Below, in pieces: positions 62,912 through 64,000 of a stretch of 64,000 nt of DNA. The notes under the pieces were generated by a model. It made no database searches. It was not told where the DNA came from and saw only the letters and a list, made by a program, of their open reading frames with translations. The stretch is from Octopus sinensis. Its lineage: Eukaryota. Position 1 is the first letter of the stretch. Each line of letters starts with the position of its first letter. Where the stretch lies: NCBI RefSeq assembly GCF_006345805.1, contig NC_043015.1:7998001-8062000 (forward strand), read 5' to 3'. The translations under genes and the position numbers were made by a program.

Positions 62912-63352
62912 TAAGGCAGTGAGATGGCAGAATCATTAGCGTGGCGGGAAAAGGCTTAACGGCAGTTCACCTGTCTTTACTTTCTGTGTTCAAATTCCAC
63001 CGAGGTCGACTATGATTTTCATCCCTCTTTAGGTCGATGAAATAAGAACCAATTGAGCACTGTGGGTGATGTAATTAACTTACCCCTCCACCAAATTTCA
63101 CTCTTTGCACCTAGATTAGAATGGATTATTATTGTTGTTGGGTTTTTGCTAAGAACCGTTAGCACGCAGGGCAGAGTCCTTAGCGGCATTTCGTCAGTTT
63201 ATATGTTCTGAGTTCAAATTCCACCAAGGTCAACTTGGCGTTTCTTCCTTTCAGGGTCGATGAGATAACTACCAGTTGAACACTGAGGTCAATATAATCG
63301 ACTTATATCCTCCACTCAAATACCTGGAACTGTGCCAAAATTTCAAACCATT
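62912..63352 (+). mobile_element. Two tandem degenerate family C SINEs
   Basis: GAGATGGCAGAATCATTAGC...GTTCAAATTCCACCGAGGTCGAC...GGTCGATGAAATAAG at about 62912-63125, and a second copy at about 63150-63352. Confidence 0.75.
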
Positions 63353-64000
63353 ATTATTATTATTATCATCATCATAGTTGTTTTACAAGGAATATGGAGA
63401 GGTATCACAATGGACACTCGTGCATCACAGCCGTAGTTTACTTAAATGTAAACAATTCTATATGCATATTCCTGTTGTTTGGTTTTACTTGAATTGTCAG
63501 AGCGCAGTTAAACGGTAATTATTCTAACCAGGTCTATGATTATAAATACAGTCGACGACAATGTTGAGACCATAGACAAATATAGTATAGTAACAGAAAA
63601 TACATTACCTTACTCACACTTTTTGTCTTTCTTACTGCCCTCTCTTTGTCTTCCCAATTTTTATGTGTTATTCAAAAGTGAATATTGCTCTATAATGTTG
63701 TTATAGCATTTCAGACAATCTTAGTTGTTTCAGACAATGGATGTGTGAAATAACTAGCTACATACTTTATAATTTCATGAATAAACATTTCTCTAGTTTC
63801 AGAAACGGATAATGTGATCAGCTGAATTCCCTTTTTTGCACCCAACACCGAAACCCATAAGTAATTGAATACGGAAATTAATAAATATATATCTGGAGAC
63901 AAAAATGTCTTCAAATTCTTCCTTCAATCACCAAAATTGTCCAGTCTTAGTAAAACATAGTGCCATATTTGATAATATGATTATATTAATAAACACACAC

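Noticed and set aside
63715-63750. ILVVSDNG, resembling the integrase IVSDNG motif
   Set aside because: Immediately followed by a stop, with no other integrase motifs nearby.
1-64000. CRISPR arrays, rRNA, prokaryotic operons, LTR pairs
   Set aside because: No regularly spaced repeat-spacer array, rRNA motif, long ORF cluster or long direct terminal repeat was seen; the sequence is eukaryotic non-coding DNA.

Overview
AT-rich, repeat-saturated eukaryotic non-coding DNA. It is most likely octopus (inferred from the tRNA-derived SINE families and the very dense (TA)n/(CA)n/(AAT)n microsatellites). No intact protein-coding gene, rRNA, true tRNA gene or CRISPR array can be supported. Almost every ORF in the supplied track is a translation of a microsatellite or SINE. 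Supported content: (i) about 30 copies of three tRNA-headed SINE families, several with clear 11-16 bp target-site duplications; (ii) decayed coding relics of a CR1/L2-type LINE (3.4-3.7 kb), a Penelope-like element including its GIY-YIG region (18.5-19.4 kb) and a Chapaev3-type (CMC) DNA transposase (31.6-32.6 kb); (iii) a TA-flanked Tc1/mariner-type MITE (43.4-43.8 kb) and a probable non-autonomous Helitron (60.8-62.0 kb). The most interesting observations are minimal type I hammerhead ribozyme motifs (a head-to-head pair at 27.7-28.1 kb next to a Pol III B-box, and another at 61.0 kb), two locally templated insertions that copy neighbouring DNA (33.6/35.5 kb inverted; 61.9/62.5 kb inside an 85-bp inverted repeat), a 183-bp imperfect palindrome (44.2-44.4 kb), and SINEs that share a head but have different 3' tails. 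Scattered exon-like segments exist but could not be assembled into a recognisable gene. All coordinates, alignments and folds were done by eye.
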